The position numbers and the translations under genes are program-made. From a virus (taxonomy: Duplodnaviria > Caudoviricetes): a stretch of DNA of 52,559 nt. Of the stretch, positions 37,406-46,045 are shown piece by piece. The DNA is taken from positions 1-52,559 of IMG/VR virus record IMGVR_UViG_3300032516_000038. One strand, given 5' to 3'. The notes below the pieces were generated by a model that worked only from the letters and a program-made list of their open reading frames with translations, ran no database searches and had not been told where the DNA came from. Numbering within the stretch: position 1 is the first letter of the stretch; every line of letters starts with the position of its first letter.

Positions 37406-38078
37406 CCTTCTTGAACATATGAAGCGACCCTATCCAATGAGTGAAGTTTCCCACAGGAAGATCTGCTTCGTTTGCCACATAGCGGAGAAGTTTCATGGCC
37501 ATCCAGATGTCGTTCTCGAAGTGGGTTACTAGATCTGCCGAGCGTTGTAGGTAGGTCATATGGAGTTCCCCATCTCTCAGGATAAACCAATAACCTAGAG
37601 AGCAGGGAATTCTATTGTAACCTCCCATAGATAAAACATCTTCAATAGGATTCCATACACTCATGAATAACTGTCGAGACTCCGGCCGAAGTCGAAGCTC
37701 TTTTATTACATCTCCAGCACTGTGGTGATAAAACCTATCAGCGTAGGTGTAAGAGAACTTACCATGCAACCTAAGGAATTGTCTCCAGACTTCTTTACGA
37801 AGTTTCCATGCCTCACCCGGGTTTGGTGGTTTTACTCCCTTTAGACCCACCACTCTCTCTTGCCACTCTGCGTCAGCCCAAGGTTGAGTGGGATGAAGGT
37901 CACCAAGCATAGCACCTGTTACCGTGTATATGTAGTTTTGAAGTTCTAAAGTGTCATAGTTAGGATCATCCCTTACTACCACATCTTGGTATGTGTCGGG
38001 ATGGACTCTGATACCCATCTCGGCTACATCACGTTTGATCTCAGAGAGAGCCTCTCCAAAGTTATTATAGATCCTCAT
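37386..38078 (-). CDS. Thymidylate-synthase-fold enzyme, dCMP-(hydroxy)methylase-like
   Basis: SRQ, RIPC (catalytic Cys), QRSADLVTHFEND and IGSLHMF; Asp at the position of E. coli ThyA N177. Confidence 0.85.
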   Translation of the reverse strand: MRIYNNFGEALSEIKRDVAEMGIRVHPDTYQDVVVRDDPNYDTLELQNYIYTVTGAMLGDLHPTQPWADAEWQERVVGLKGVKPPNPGEAWKLRKEVWRQFLRLHGKFSYTYADRFYHHSAGDVIKELRLRPESRQLFMSVWNPIEDVLSMGGYNRIPCSLGYWFILRDGELHMTYLQRSADLVTHFENDIWMAMKLLRYVANEADLPVGNFTHWIGSLHMFKKDAEGVF

Positions 38079-38292
38079 CTCGTCTACCTCCCTTGACTAA
38101 TCCTACAACCCATGTCTGGCCTTTCTTGTCAGACACCTGTTTAGTTTCGATCACAATGCAGTTGGCCATGCGTCCAGAACACGTAGCTTCGAAATACTCA
38201 AGGGCTTCCCTGTAACTCCTAGCCGCGCACTTACAGTGTTGCCTGCAGGCTCCTGTCCGATCGATCCCCGTAAATAGATAGTGGGTCGCCAC
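38065..38292 (-). CDS. Small Cys-rich protein between the two TS-fold genes
   Basis: CRQHCKC...C...C; AGGAGG RBS. Confidence 0.6.
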   Translation of the reverse strand: MATHYLFTGIDRTGACRQHCKCAARSYREALEYFEATCSGRMANCIVIETKQVSDKKGQTWVVGLVKGGRRDEDL

Positions 38293-38304
38293 TACATTTC
38301 CTCC

Positions 38305-39195
38305 TTATCTAAACCCTTTTCGTTCAAAGTAACCTTTCTCAAAATCAGCCATGTCTACATACGGCAAGCTTAGGTCCTTAGTAGCAGGATGATTACTGCC
38401 TATAGCTTCCTCTCCTCTCGCCATCTTGTAAGCTTTAGTAGCCCTTCGCTGAGTCTTGAAGCTTTGATACTTAGGGTCTGGAGCGGCAAAAGAATCTCCA
38501 TACCTTTTAAGAGCCTTGTCCTGCCACTTAGTGAATACCTTAGTTCCTTCTTCACGAGCTTTCAGTAGTCTCTGGATCTCTTCTTCCCCATGGGCTAGGA
38601 AGAGATAGAGAGGAGTCGTGACCATCCCCTGAAACATAGAGGAGGAATTCCAGTAGACTCTAACATCACTAACCCTGAAACCCAAGAAACTTCCCACAGT
38701 CTTGAGAAAGACATGGGCGAAGATAAGGTCTACACCCCAGCGGGAAGTAACCTCATTAGCCCGGGTGAATACTTCTGCCTCCCACCCCTGACTTCTAGAG
38801 AACCTGACACAGATAGCTAGGAGACAAGCCCCAAGCCTACTATCTCTAACCTTGAAAGGCATAGCAATATCGGGCACATACTGCTTGCCTCTCTTACCTT
38901 GTCTGAAGTATTGGAGTCTGTGGATAAACTTTACGAATTCCACAGGGTCGAAGTAGAGTCGCATGAGCATACTCCACTTGGTCTTCGTATATCCGAAGTC
39001 TAGTAGTTCCATCGCTGTCTCTGCAGTTTCTGATACGATAGTGTTGTGGAAGCTATGAAGAGATACCCCAGGTCTCTGGAAGTTAACTGGACTAGGTTCC
39101 CCATACCTCGCCAGGGACTCTTCATCGTGAAAGAACATGCGATCATTTGTTTTCTTCCATACTTCATCTAGGTCTTGCCCTTTCACATAAAGCAC
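38305..39195 (-). CDS. Divergent second thymidylate-synthase-fold protein
   Basis: GACLLAICVRF...FTRANEVTSRWGVD aligns by spacing with PC...R...QRSxD-x7-D. Confidence 0.55.
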   Translation of the reverse strand: MLYVKGQDLDEVWKKTNDRMFFHDEESLARYGEPSPVNFQRPGVSLHSFHNTIVSETAETAMELLDFGYTKTKWSMLMRLYFDPVEFVKFIHRLQYFRQGKRGKQYVPDIAMPFKVRDSRLGACLLAICVRFSRSQGWEAEVFTRANEVTSRWGVDLIFAHVFLKTVGSFLGFRVSDVRVYWNSSSMFQGMVTTPLYLFLAHGEEEIQRLLKAREEGTKVFTKWQDKALKRYGDSFAAPDPKYQSFKTQRRATKAYKMARGEEAIGSNHPATKDLSLPYVDMADFEKGYFERKGFR

Positions 39196-39639
39196 TTAGT
39201 ACCCACTCCTCTGGCGGAATCGGTTTACTTGACCCTTTTGGGTATACATCTGCCATATCCACGAGGCAATCTCTTCAGGTGTATGAGTATCTTGGAAGGG
39301 AAGAAGAAGATGCCTCAAATAGAAATGGAACCCATCTATGATCTCTTCCCAGTAATGTTGTTCATCCGTCAGCATATGGGTAGCTTTCCAAGGCTTGTTC
39401 TTGAGGCTGTTGTTAGCCTCTCCCAACTCGTCGGTGATACGACCAACAGACTCTTTCAGGTACCTTTGCCACTCTAGGTCGTCTATGTCAAAGAGCCGGG
39501 CAGGTCTAGGGTGTCCATTCTTGGCTTCAATCTTATGATACTTACTCTCCAGATCCCACTGGAAGCGGAGTATCTCCACCAGCGTGTCCTGACCCGGCTC
39601 CAGTTTCAGAGGAACCATATCCGATACGTTGACCATCAC
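39196..39639 (-). CDS. All-alpha dNTP pyrophosphatase (dimeric dUTPase / T4 gp56 dCTPase-like)
   Basis: DELGEA...KPWK...EEIIDGFHF. Confidence 0.8.
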   Translation of the reverse strand: MMVNVSDMVPLKLEPGQDTLVEILRFQWDLESKYHKIEAKNGHPRPARLFDIDDLEWQRYLKESVGRITDELGEANNSLKNKPWKATHMLTDEQHYWEEIIDGFHFYLRHLLLPFQDTHTPEEIASWIWQMYTQKGQVNRFRQRSGY

Positions 39640-40243
39640 GGCTCATCTCCCTCGAGATATCTCTGGCCTTCCGCATGTAGTCAGCTCGACGCTCGTATAT
39701 TTCTCTCCCTATAGAGAGATACTGCTTGAGATGATATACGATACCATCGAACTGCTGCTTCTGGAGTGGAGGAGATTGGTCAATATCCCATGAGTAAACC
39801 ATGCCGTCCCAGAAGTAATCTTCATACTTCCTCATTTCCTCGTGATATAAGAGCCTTGCCTTGAGTACGACGTTTATGTCAAACTGATGCTCACTTGCAA
39901 GAAACGTCTGACTGAGTTTATCGGAAGACCTACTACAGAGGATCATGAATGGCCGATGGTCTTTAAGACCCTCCATGATGGCCTGGAGTTCACCGTCTGT
40001 AAAGTAACTATCAGGCCTCCCTGTGGCTCTATTGTAAACTATTTCAGAGAATAAGATGCGGTCGTAGATGTTGTAGAGGGTTTCATGTGGCCTTTTCACG
40101 AGGAACTCATCGGCTATCTTTACTACCATCTCACGACAGTGCCCGGGAGACCTACCCTGATACACTAAGTCTGGGATCTCCTCTGTCAGTCTCCGAACCA
40201 GAGAAGTCTTACCTGTGTTGTCAGTTCCCTCAACGATTATCAC
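39542..40243 (-). CDS. Deoxynucleoside monophosphate kinase (thymidylate-kinase-like)
   Basis: IIVEGTDNTGKTS P-loop; IYDR..FSEIVY. Confidence 0.85.
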   Translation of the reverse strand: MIIVEGTDNTGKTSLVRRLTEEIPDLVYQGRSPGHCREMVVKIADEFLVKRPHETLYNIYDRILFSEIVYNRATGRPDSYFTDGELQAIMEGLKDHRPFMILCSRSSDKLSQTFLASEHQFDINVVLKARLLYHEEMRKYEDYFWDGMVYSWDIDQSPPLQKQQFDGIVYHLKQYLSIGREIYERRADYMRKARDISREMSRDGQRIGYGSSETGAGSGHAGGDTPLPVGSGE

Positions 40244-40247
40244 CCTG

Positions 40248-40628
40248 CTATTCCTCCTTCTTAGGACTCATGGTATCTTCTAGATTGAACTCACTCTCAA
40301 ACCCTGTCTTGAGACGAAGCTTGAACCTACCTTCTCCTGTAGCCTCTGAGTCTATGATAGCCTTGAAGTTACCAGGAACTATCCTTCCTTGTATCCAGAG
40401 CTCCAGAGTCTTTCCATCCTTACTTTCTTTCACTTCCCAGCGTCTATGTGCATCCCCCCATGACAGGCTAGCCACATAGTGTAACCCGTAGCCTCCAATC
40501 ACACTACTTATAATGATTACCAGTTCCTGCGGACCGAGGAATACCAGGCATAAACCAATCACGCCAACTATCAAGGACCAGATCGGAAAGGTTTTGCTTC
40601 GCAGCAAGTGCTTGATAAACTCTATCAT
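40248..40628 (-). CDS. Membrane protein (2 TM)
   Basis: Two N-terminal hydrophobic helices. Confidence 0.55.
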   Translation of the reverse strand: MIEFIKHLLRSKTFPIWSLIVGVIGLCLVFLGPQELVIIISSVIGGYGLHYVASLSWGDAHRRWEVKESKDGKTLELWIQGRIVPGNFKAIIDSEATGEGRFKLRLKTGFESEFNLEDTMSPKKEE

Positions 40629-41985
40629 CTACGGTACCCCTCCCTACTAAGTGCAGATATGTAACCTTCTGCGTTTGCCCGTGCCTATGGATGCGATCAC
40701 AGCTCTGGATGTAGTGATCTAACCTATAGTCTACACTCTGGAAAATCATTGTAGACGCAGCGGTTAGGTCAATACCAAGAGCTGAGGCGATCTGGATAAT
40801 CATAATCTGATACCTCGGGTTGCTCTGGAATACTTTCCTTTTCTTGTCCCTAAGTTCACCAGGGACATCCCCATAGATCGTGAGGACCTCCATACTCTTA
40901 GCCCTAAACCTCTTCCTGAGTTCCATGAGTTCCCACAGGAATGTGCATACTATAACCACTTTCTGTCCGTTCTCCACCAAGTCACCAACTAGTTCAACAC
41001 TAGCGTCTAGTTTCTCACTCCCCACTTGGTGGATAGTACCCATTACGTCCTTGACAAAACCACTAGTGATCTGCTGGAGCCTCATAAGTTGAGTTAAGAC
41101 TATCTGACCTATAGCTACCTTGTCCTTCTGGCTTTCCTCAATGTATGCTATGGCATCCCGGGCCATCTCGTCGTAGATTCTTCTAGTAGAAGGTAACAAG
41201 TCAATGGGGATATACTGATAGACCTTTTCAGGTAGTTTAAGAGCCTTCTCTTTTGTGATCCGAAAGATGAGAGGTTCTATCTTCTTCCTGAGCTGCTTAC
41301 TATTCCTGAACCCTAGTATCTCTTTACCTAGATAGCCACCAAAGATTGCGTATGTGTGTCGGAAGAAAGTCCACGAAGTTCCGAAGATACTTTCATCATA
41401 GAACTTGAATGGAGAGAAGTGATCTAGTTGGTTCTTAGGTTGAGGTGTACCAGAGAGACCTATACGGAATTGGGCCATGTGTCTGAGTTCATGACACAAC
41501 CTAGATCTCTTGGCCTTGTAAGACTTGATATAATGAACTTCATCTACCATGACTCCCTGTGGTTCCCAGTCAATCAAGTCTCCCATTAAGAGGATGGCAG
41601 ACTCGTAGTTGACTAGGATCCAGGTAAGTTTAAGTTCAGGTTCAGGTGCTGCCGCGATGGCTACTAGTTGTGCCTCTCGTTGACGAGTTGTCCCAGTTAA
41701 CCTGTGGACAACGTAAGGAATATTCTCAGGAGTATGTTTGGCTATCTCATCTTCCCATACACCTAGAGGCGTGATAGGGGCTATTACCAGGATGCGGTAC
41801 CAACCGTGTTTGAGGAACATGATACAGGCTGCGTCTATGGCTACCTTAGTCTTGCCTGTGCCCGGGTCTAGGTATAGACCAAACCCCCCATTACGAGCGA
41901 GGGCCCCCATACATTTCTTTAGGGCCCTTCGCTGGAAGGGATAGGGCTTAGTCTTATACCTATATTTAATCGCTTTCCCCTTCAA
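40504..41985 (-). CDS. SNF2-family helicase
   Basis: PFQ, DPGTGKT, VDEVHYIK, LSGTP and QSCDRIHRHGQ. Confidence 0.93.
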   Translation of the reverse strand: MKGKAIKYRYKTKPYPFQRRALKKCMGALARNGGFGLYLDPGTGKTKVAIDAACIMFLKHGWYRILVIAPITPLGVWEDEIAKHTPENIPYVVHRLTGTTRQREAQLVAIAAAPEPELKLTWILVNYESAILLMGDLIDWEPQGVMVDEVHYIKSYKAKRSRLCHELRHMAQFRIGLSGTPQPKNQLDHFSPFKFYDESIFGTSWTFFRHTYAIFGGYLGKEILGFRNSKQLRKKIEPLIFRITKEKALKLPEKVYQYIPIDLLPSTRRIYDEMARDAIAYIEESQKDKVAIGQIVLTQLMRLQQITSGFVKDVMGTIHQVGSEKLDASVELVGDLVENGQKVVIVCTFLWELMELRKRFRAKSMEVLTIYGDVPGELRDKKRKVFQSNPRYQIMIIQIASALGIDLTAASTMIFQSVDYRLDHYIQSCDRIHRHGQTQKVTYLHLVGRGTVDDRVYQALAAKQNLSDLVLDSWRDWFMPGIPRSAGTGNHYK

Positions 41986-42172
41986 CTCTAACCCGCCTTT
42001 CCATAGGCCGTGAAATGATTGAGACGAGATATTCCTGACCCATTATTTCAACTCGTATGTCGTTTGGTTTCATAGCCTCTCGGAAGATGATACCATACCC
42101 ATTGCGTTCAGAATCTTTCCTAGCTTCAAGTATCTTGACGACAAGTCTCTCAACATAAGTTGGTGTTATCAA
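41966..42172 (-). CDS. Hypothetical protein
   Basis: Operon packing. Confidence 0.55.
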   Translation of the reverse strand: MITPTYVERLVVKILEARKDSERNGYGIIFREAMKPNDIRVEIMGQEYLVSIISRPMERRVRVEGESD

Positions 42173-42648
42173 CTCCGTTTCCTCCTCACAACTTTCTTTC
42201 TAGAGACTCGTCCGACTCTTTCTGAAGACCACAGGTGAGCCTGTGGATTATGTATCCTGACATTAAACTCGGCAGTGGTTATAGTACACGCGGGGCATCT
42301 GAGTACCTCGAACATTCTGTCCCAATAGAAAAGCCTCACTCTAACACAGTAAGGACACCACAGAGTATCTTGTGTGAGTTCATGTAAGACCCTCTTAGGT
42401 GGGGGGTAAGCTTTAGTAACAGATATAAGTTCTACTATAAGTCCAGGAACTTTAGCATACTTCTTCTTCATTTTCTTAGCAAAAGCTACAGCCCCAGACT
42501 CTTTAGGTGTATCACCTACGAACTTGTAAAGCCGACTCTGCCTGGGCGTTCTGACACTTACGCCCCACTTCATTTGTAAGTTCTCACAATCCGTGCTCGG
42601 ATGGCCCTCAATGACTCTTTCACCTGACTGGCCTCTTCTCCTCGCCAA
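42169..42648 (-). CDS. Zinc-ribbon protein
   Basis: WCPYC...RCPAC. True start may be the ATG at 42573. Confidence 0.65.
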   Translation of the reverse strand: MARRRGQSGERVIEGHPSTDCENLQMKWGVSVRTPRQSRLYKFVGDTPKESGAVAFAKKMKKKYAKVPGLIVELISVTKAYPPPKRVLHELTQDTLWCPYCVRVRLFYWDRMFEVLRCPACTITTAEFNVRIHNPQAHLWSSERVGRVSRKKVVRRKRS

Positions 42649-42815
42649 TGTGAAAGATTGCTTAGGACATAGAGAATCTGGACTGACAGAGCTTCTCCTG
42701 AGACACAGGGTAGGAGATGAGCGTATGCCTTAGCGTACTTACTCGGGCAGTTGTCCATTATCTTCTGGCAACATTCTTCTAGTAATAGGTGCGCCATCCT
42801 TCTCCGCCTCCCCAA
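42570..42815 (-). CDS. Hypothetical protein
   Basis: YAKAY...QILYVLSNLSHWRGEEA..VK motif; GGAGG RBS. Confidence 0.6.
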   Translation of the reverse strand: MGRRRRMAHLLLEECCQKIMDNCPSKYAKAYAHLLPCVSGEALSVQILYVLSNLSHWRGEEASQVKESLRAIRARIVRTYK

Positions 42816-43161
42816 AGACGACCTTTCTGGTTACAGGACCGAATCTTTCTATGATCCTCTGACGATACACAGGACCTCCTGGGCTCTCTAGGTCCTTTAT
42901 GAAGCCATCTAGGACTTCAGGAATTTGATGAGCTGCTTCCAGGTGTAGGTCTATGGGCCATATAGGAGAGGTAGCGAGAGTTACAACGATTAGGTTAAAA
43001 TCTATAGAGCCATCATCGTTCTTTTCCATCGAAGGTGCAAGAGTGCATCTAGGATTAACTATCCCCATCAGTTCTTGAACCCTACTAATCTGGGACATTA
43101 TCAAAGCTTTAAGACCTTCCATGTCTACTGGCACATCGTCAGCTCCTCTCATAAAGAACAT
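42739..43161 (-). CDS. Hypothetical protein
   Basis: True start probably the GTG near 43134 behind GAGGAG. Confidence 0.6.
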   Translation of the reverse strand: MFFMRGADDVPVDMEGLKALIMSQISRVQELMGIVNPRCTLAPSMEKNDDGSIDFNLIVVTLATSPIWPIDLHLEAAHQIPEVLDGFIKDLESPGGPVYRQRIIERFGPVTRKVVFGEAEKDGAPITRRMLPEDNGQLPE

Positions 43162-43242
43162 GGGTAGCTAGTGATCCCGGGCCGTTGATCCACGGCTGCT
43201 CCGGACGGGGAAGAGGAGGAGACCCCGCTCACTAGCTACCCA
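43161..43242 (-). ncRNA. Candidate structured RNA (three-way junction with anti-SD loop)
   Basis: Perfect 14-bp closing stem plus two internal hairpins; intergenic. Confidence 0.55.
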
Positions 43243-43247
43243 CAGGT

Positions 43248-43622
43248 TCATCGTCTTAAATTAGGTTTCTTTATCCTACGAGCTAACCTAGAGATTGCAT
43301 CTCGTGTGCATATGTGGCTTCCGTAGCTACTCTGATTAGCTAAAGCCCCCTCTTCGTGGTTGAAGTGGTAGCTTCGGAACTCTTCTAGGTTCCTAAAGTT
43401 GTGGACTATCTCCATGTAATCCGCAGGTACGTTGATTGAGATGATGACTCCATACCTGAACATATCGAGAGGAAACCTAAGCTCTCCAGTCTCAGGGTTT
43501 CCATAGTTGAATGTGATTTTCTTTACATCTGCTTCGCCTAGCGTGAGCTCGACTGCCTCCCCTAGCATGAATGAGACACCATTGAAACGAAACCCCTGGC
43601 TTGGGCTGTAAACTCTATTCAA
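43248..43622 (-). CDS. Hypothetical protein
   Basis: GGAGG RBS; downstream of a promoter. Confidence 0.65.
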   Translation of the reverse strand: MNRVYSPSQGFRFNGVSFMLGEAVELTLGEADVKKITFNYGNPETGELRFPLDMFRYGVIISINVPADYMEIVHNFRNLEEFRSYHFNHEEGALANQSSYGSHICTRDAISRLARRIKKPNLRR

Positions 43623-43677
43623 GGATCCTCCCCCTAAGCACCTGCTACATGCCTATTTAGACTAGTCCTATACATAT

Positions 43678-43706
43678 ATTATAAGACATCCGCAAACCTT
43701 TGTCAA
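43678..43706 (-). promoter_or_regulatory. sigmaA-type promoter
   Basis: TTGACA-17 nt-TATAAT. Confidence 0.9.
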
Positions 43707-43936
43707 CGCCTATTTTTTACGTCGGGACCGGAGCAATCTTTCCACGTTAAAGTCGAGGGAGGTGGTTTTCTTCCATACCGTTTGAGTAGTAAGACGAACG
43801 GTGTCCAGTGATGACCCCTGAAATAGAACCTTTCGGCGATGAAGTACTTCCCTGCAGCGTGAGTCCAACGCCCGAAACTGATTGAGATCATTCTAATTTC
43901 TCCTACCTCATACATCCTATACTTCCTCATGTTCAT
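43703..43936 (-). CDS. Hypothetical protein
   Basis: ATGA coupling; GGAGG RBS. Confidence 0.55.
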   Translation of the reverse strand: MNMRKYRMYEVGEIRMISISFGRWTHAAGKYFIAERFYFRGHHWTPFVLLLKRYGRKPPPSTLTWKDCSGPDVKNRR

Positions 43937-44208
43937 CCTCCCATTCTTTTGAACTTTCTAGGATATTCAGTTGTTGGTTTAACTTCTACTGTGACCTCAA
44001 AGTCTGAGAGGCATGTAGAACTGTCCTCTACCTCTGGTAGTAGATAGTCAGGATAAAACCTATAGAGTAGGTGATAAGCGATTGACTTGTCGTAGCGGGT
44101 AGGTGGCTTGCCCATCAGACGGGTAAAATCTTCTCGAGTTACGTCAAAACATAAAGATTCCCAATCACCTGAGGAAATTCCACGAAACTTAGTAATCTTG
44201 CTAGTCAT
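43933..44208 (-). CDS. Hypothetical protein
   Basis: AGGAGG RBS; operon packing. Confidence 0.65.
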   Translation of the reverse strand: MTSKITKFRGISSGDWESLCFDVTREDFTRLMGKPPTRYDKSIAYHLLYRFYPDYLLPEVEDSSTCLSDFEVTVEVKPTTEYPRKFKRMGG

Positions 44209-44452
44209 CTCTCTTCCCCTCCTTCAACCAGAGCTTTACTGGCCCGTCAACAGGCGTACCAGAGAACTGGATACGTCTGTGGTCAGTCATAATCGCACGC
44301 CACAGGCCGAGATAACTTATGAGACGACGCCGTGACATCTCCATGAAGTCCGAGGCTGTCTCACGACTCACCGCCCCGTCTCTGTGGAGCAAGACACGGA
44401 TGTTTGAGGCATCGATCTTAGCCCTCTCTGTAGCCATATATGATAGGCTCAA
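44201..44452 (-). CDS. Hypothetical protein
   Basis: Operon packing. Confidence 0.55.
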   Translation of the reverse strand: MSLSYMATERAKIDASNIRVLLHRDGAVSRETASDFMEMSRRRLISYLGLWRAIMTDHRRIQFSGTPVDGPVKLWLKEGKRDD

Positions 44453-44625
44453 GGGTCACTCTTGGAAATACGGGTGATCAGATACACGAACGTAACCCCA
44501 AAGGCGATAACCCCTGGTTCAAAGTATTGAATTAACCCTGTGACCATCAGTCCAACAGCAAAGCTTATGATAAGCGAGAAGACTATCCGCAAGATGATAA
44601 CCAGGATCTCTTTAGCCGTTGTCAT
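44449..44625 (-). CDS. Small membrane protein (58 aa)
   Basis: Manual translation MTTAKEILVIILRIVFSLIISFAVGLMVTGLIQYFEPGVIAFGVTFVYLI...; ATGA coupling. Confidence 0.6.
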   Translation of the reverse strand: MTTAKEILVIILRIVFSLIISFAVGLMVTGLIQYFEPGVIAFGVTFVYLITRISKSDP

Positions 44626-44795
44626 TGTTTCCCGTACCTCCGTTTATCCGCTGCTATCGAACGCTTATGACGATATCTCTGGAGCTGCCACCAGATCTCC
44701 CTACCCGGATTGATACCATTAGCCATCAAGAATGAGATGATGATGCAAACACAGGCCACTCCAAGGTAAAACCAGAACAGCGGTGTTGGTGTCAT
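44622..44795 (-). CDS. Small membrane protein
   Basis: MTPTPLFWFYLGVACVCIIISFLMA; ATGA coupling. Confidence 0.6.
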   Translation of the reverse strand: MTPTPLFWFYLGVACVCIIISFLMANGINPGREIWWQLQRYRHKRSIAADKRRYGKQ

Positions 44796-44971
44796 TTCTT
44801 CTTCCTCCAAGCGATGATAATCGTGTCGAGATTAAGACCCACGACAATCAAACTGACCATAGCCCACCAAGGATGTCCAGTGAACAGGTTGCTCAAGAAC
44901 ATCCCAACACCGTAGATTACTCCAATAGACCCGACTGTGATGGCCCCAGCTCTGAAATATCTATTCTTCAT
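44792..44971 (-). CDS. Small membrane protein (59 aa)
   Basis: Manual translation MKNRYFRAGAITVGSIGVIYGVGMFL...WWAMVSLIVVGLNLDTIIIAWRKKK. Confidence 0.6.
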   Translation of the reverse strand: MKNRYFRAGAITVGSIGVIYGVGMFLSNLFTGHPWWAMVSLIVVGLNLDTIIIAWRKKK

Positions 44972-44977
44972 CAGAGC

Positions 44978-45166
44978 TTATTCCCCTTCCTCGGCGAATT
45001 CCCTCTTGAGTCGGTAGTACTCATCAGGGTCAGAGTATTCGCCTACCATGACACTCTCAGTGAGCCCGCACAATCGGCAGATACGGCTTTGTTTGGGTGG
45101 GAAGCTCGCGAGAATGGTATTCGCATAGCACCAGTCGTGCTCGCAACTTAGGATAGGCTCAGTCAT
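44978..45166 (-). CDS. Small Cys/His zinc-binding protein
   Basis: CEHDW...RICRLCG. Confidence 0.6.
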   Translation of the reverse strand: MTEPILSCEHDWCYANTILASFPPKQSRICRLCGLTESVMVGEYSDPDEYYRLKREFAEEGE

Positions 45167-45414
45167 TCTTTCACCACCTTCTTAGGGCGTCCAGGACGTA
45201 GCCTCGGCGTAAGCGTTAAACGATGTTCCCTCTGATGTTCTTCAAGTTCAGCTTGTAACTCCTTGACTCGAGCTTCATAGTGGTTAAGAAGGCTGTCATT
45301 TTTATCTCTAAGAAGATGAGGATAGGCAAAGATGTGCCGCCCAGCACGCCACTCTATCTGCCTAATCTGAAACTGTAATCTTTGGATCCTGGTAAGCCGC
45401 TCTTTCTTATCCAT
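45163..45414 (-). CDS. Hypothetical basic coiled-coil protein
   Basis: Operon packing; C-terminal PGRPKK. Confidence 0.6.
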   Translation of the reverse strand: MDKKERLTRIQRLQFQIRQIEWRAGRHIFAYPHLLRDKNDSLLNHYEARVKELQAELEEHQREHRLTLTPRLRPGRPKKVVKE

Positions 45415-45622
45415 TCTTCATCTTCTCCTCTCTATCACGGTCTGCCACCATATACATCGCCTGGATACCTATGAAAGCTGCCCAGAGAGAGATCCCATGG
45501 ACTGTTGGCCAGAACGCATCCCAGAAACTTTGCGGGAAGGCATGGTCTGCGAAAGCAAGCGCGGGCCACAGGATACACCAGGCGATCCAGGTAAACGCAG
45601 CTCGTATAATCCTACCCCGCAT
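45407..45622 (-). CDS. Small membrane protein (2 TM)
   Basis: Trp-rich hydrophobic segments; AAGGAG RBS. Confidence 0.6.
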   Translation of the reverse strand: MRGRIIRAAFTWIAWCILWPALAFADHAFPQSFWDAFWPTVHGISLWAAFIGIQAMYMVADRDREEKMKNG

Positions 45623-45628
45623 TACTCT

Positions 45629-46012
45629 TCACTCCTTCGGGTTACGCAGGGCCTCAACAGCCTTTTCTATCAGGCCCATGTTGTTGCTCATCTGGAGAAG
45701 GTACTCAGAAACGAGGTCATCTGGGAGGAAGAACCCGTCTGCGGTGGGACCGATATAAGCTGTTCGCCCATGGGCAGCTTCCCACTCAGTCTCCTTGGTC
45801 TTAAAGACCCGATGACTGAGTCCAGGCTTCTTGCCCATGTTCGTGCACTCCACCCGGAGTTCGTAAGCCTCTGAAATCTGGATGGCCAAGATGGGAACGA
45901 ACCGGATCACCTTACCCTTAGCTGTCGTCTTCTCTTGGATCGCGATCTTTTCCTGCTTCTCCTTTGCCACTATAAGCCACATCCTCTCGCTTGCTAGTGT
46001 CTTGCCTATCAA
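45629..46012 (-). CDS. Hypothetical protein
   Basis: Downstream of a promoter; true start probably ~30-45 nt further in. Confidence 0.6.
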   Translation of the reverse strand: MIGKTLASERMWLIVAKEKQEKIAIQEKTTAKGKVIRFVPILAIQISEAYELRVECTNMGKKPGLSHRVFKTKETEWEAAHGRTAYIGPTADGFFLPDDLVSEYLLQMSNNMGLIEKAVEALRNPKE

Positions 46013-46016
46013 TTAC

Positions 46017-46045
46017 ATTTTACATAAACCTAATCCTTATGTCAA
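46017..46045 (-). promoter_or_regulatory. sigmaA-type promoter
   Basis: TTGACA-17 nt-TAAAAT. Confidence 0.8.

Noticed and set aside
37386-38078. Ordinary thyA or SPO1-type dUMP hydroxymethylase
   Set aside because: The specificity residue is Asp (dCMP-type), not Asn. This is not fully excluded without biochemistry.
43161-43242. tRNA gene
   Set aside because: The size is similar, but it has a 14-bp closing stem, only two internal arms and no T-loop (TTCRA) or anticodon arm.
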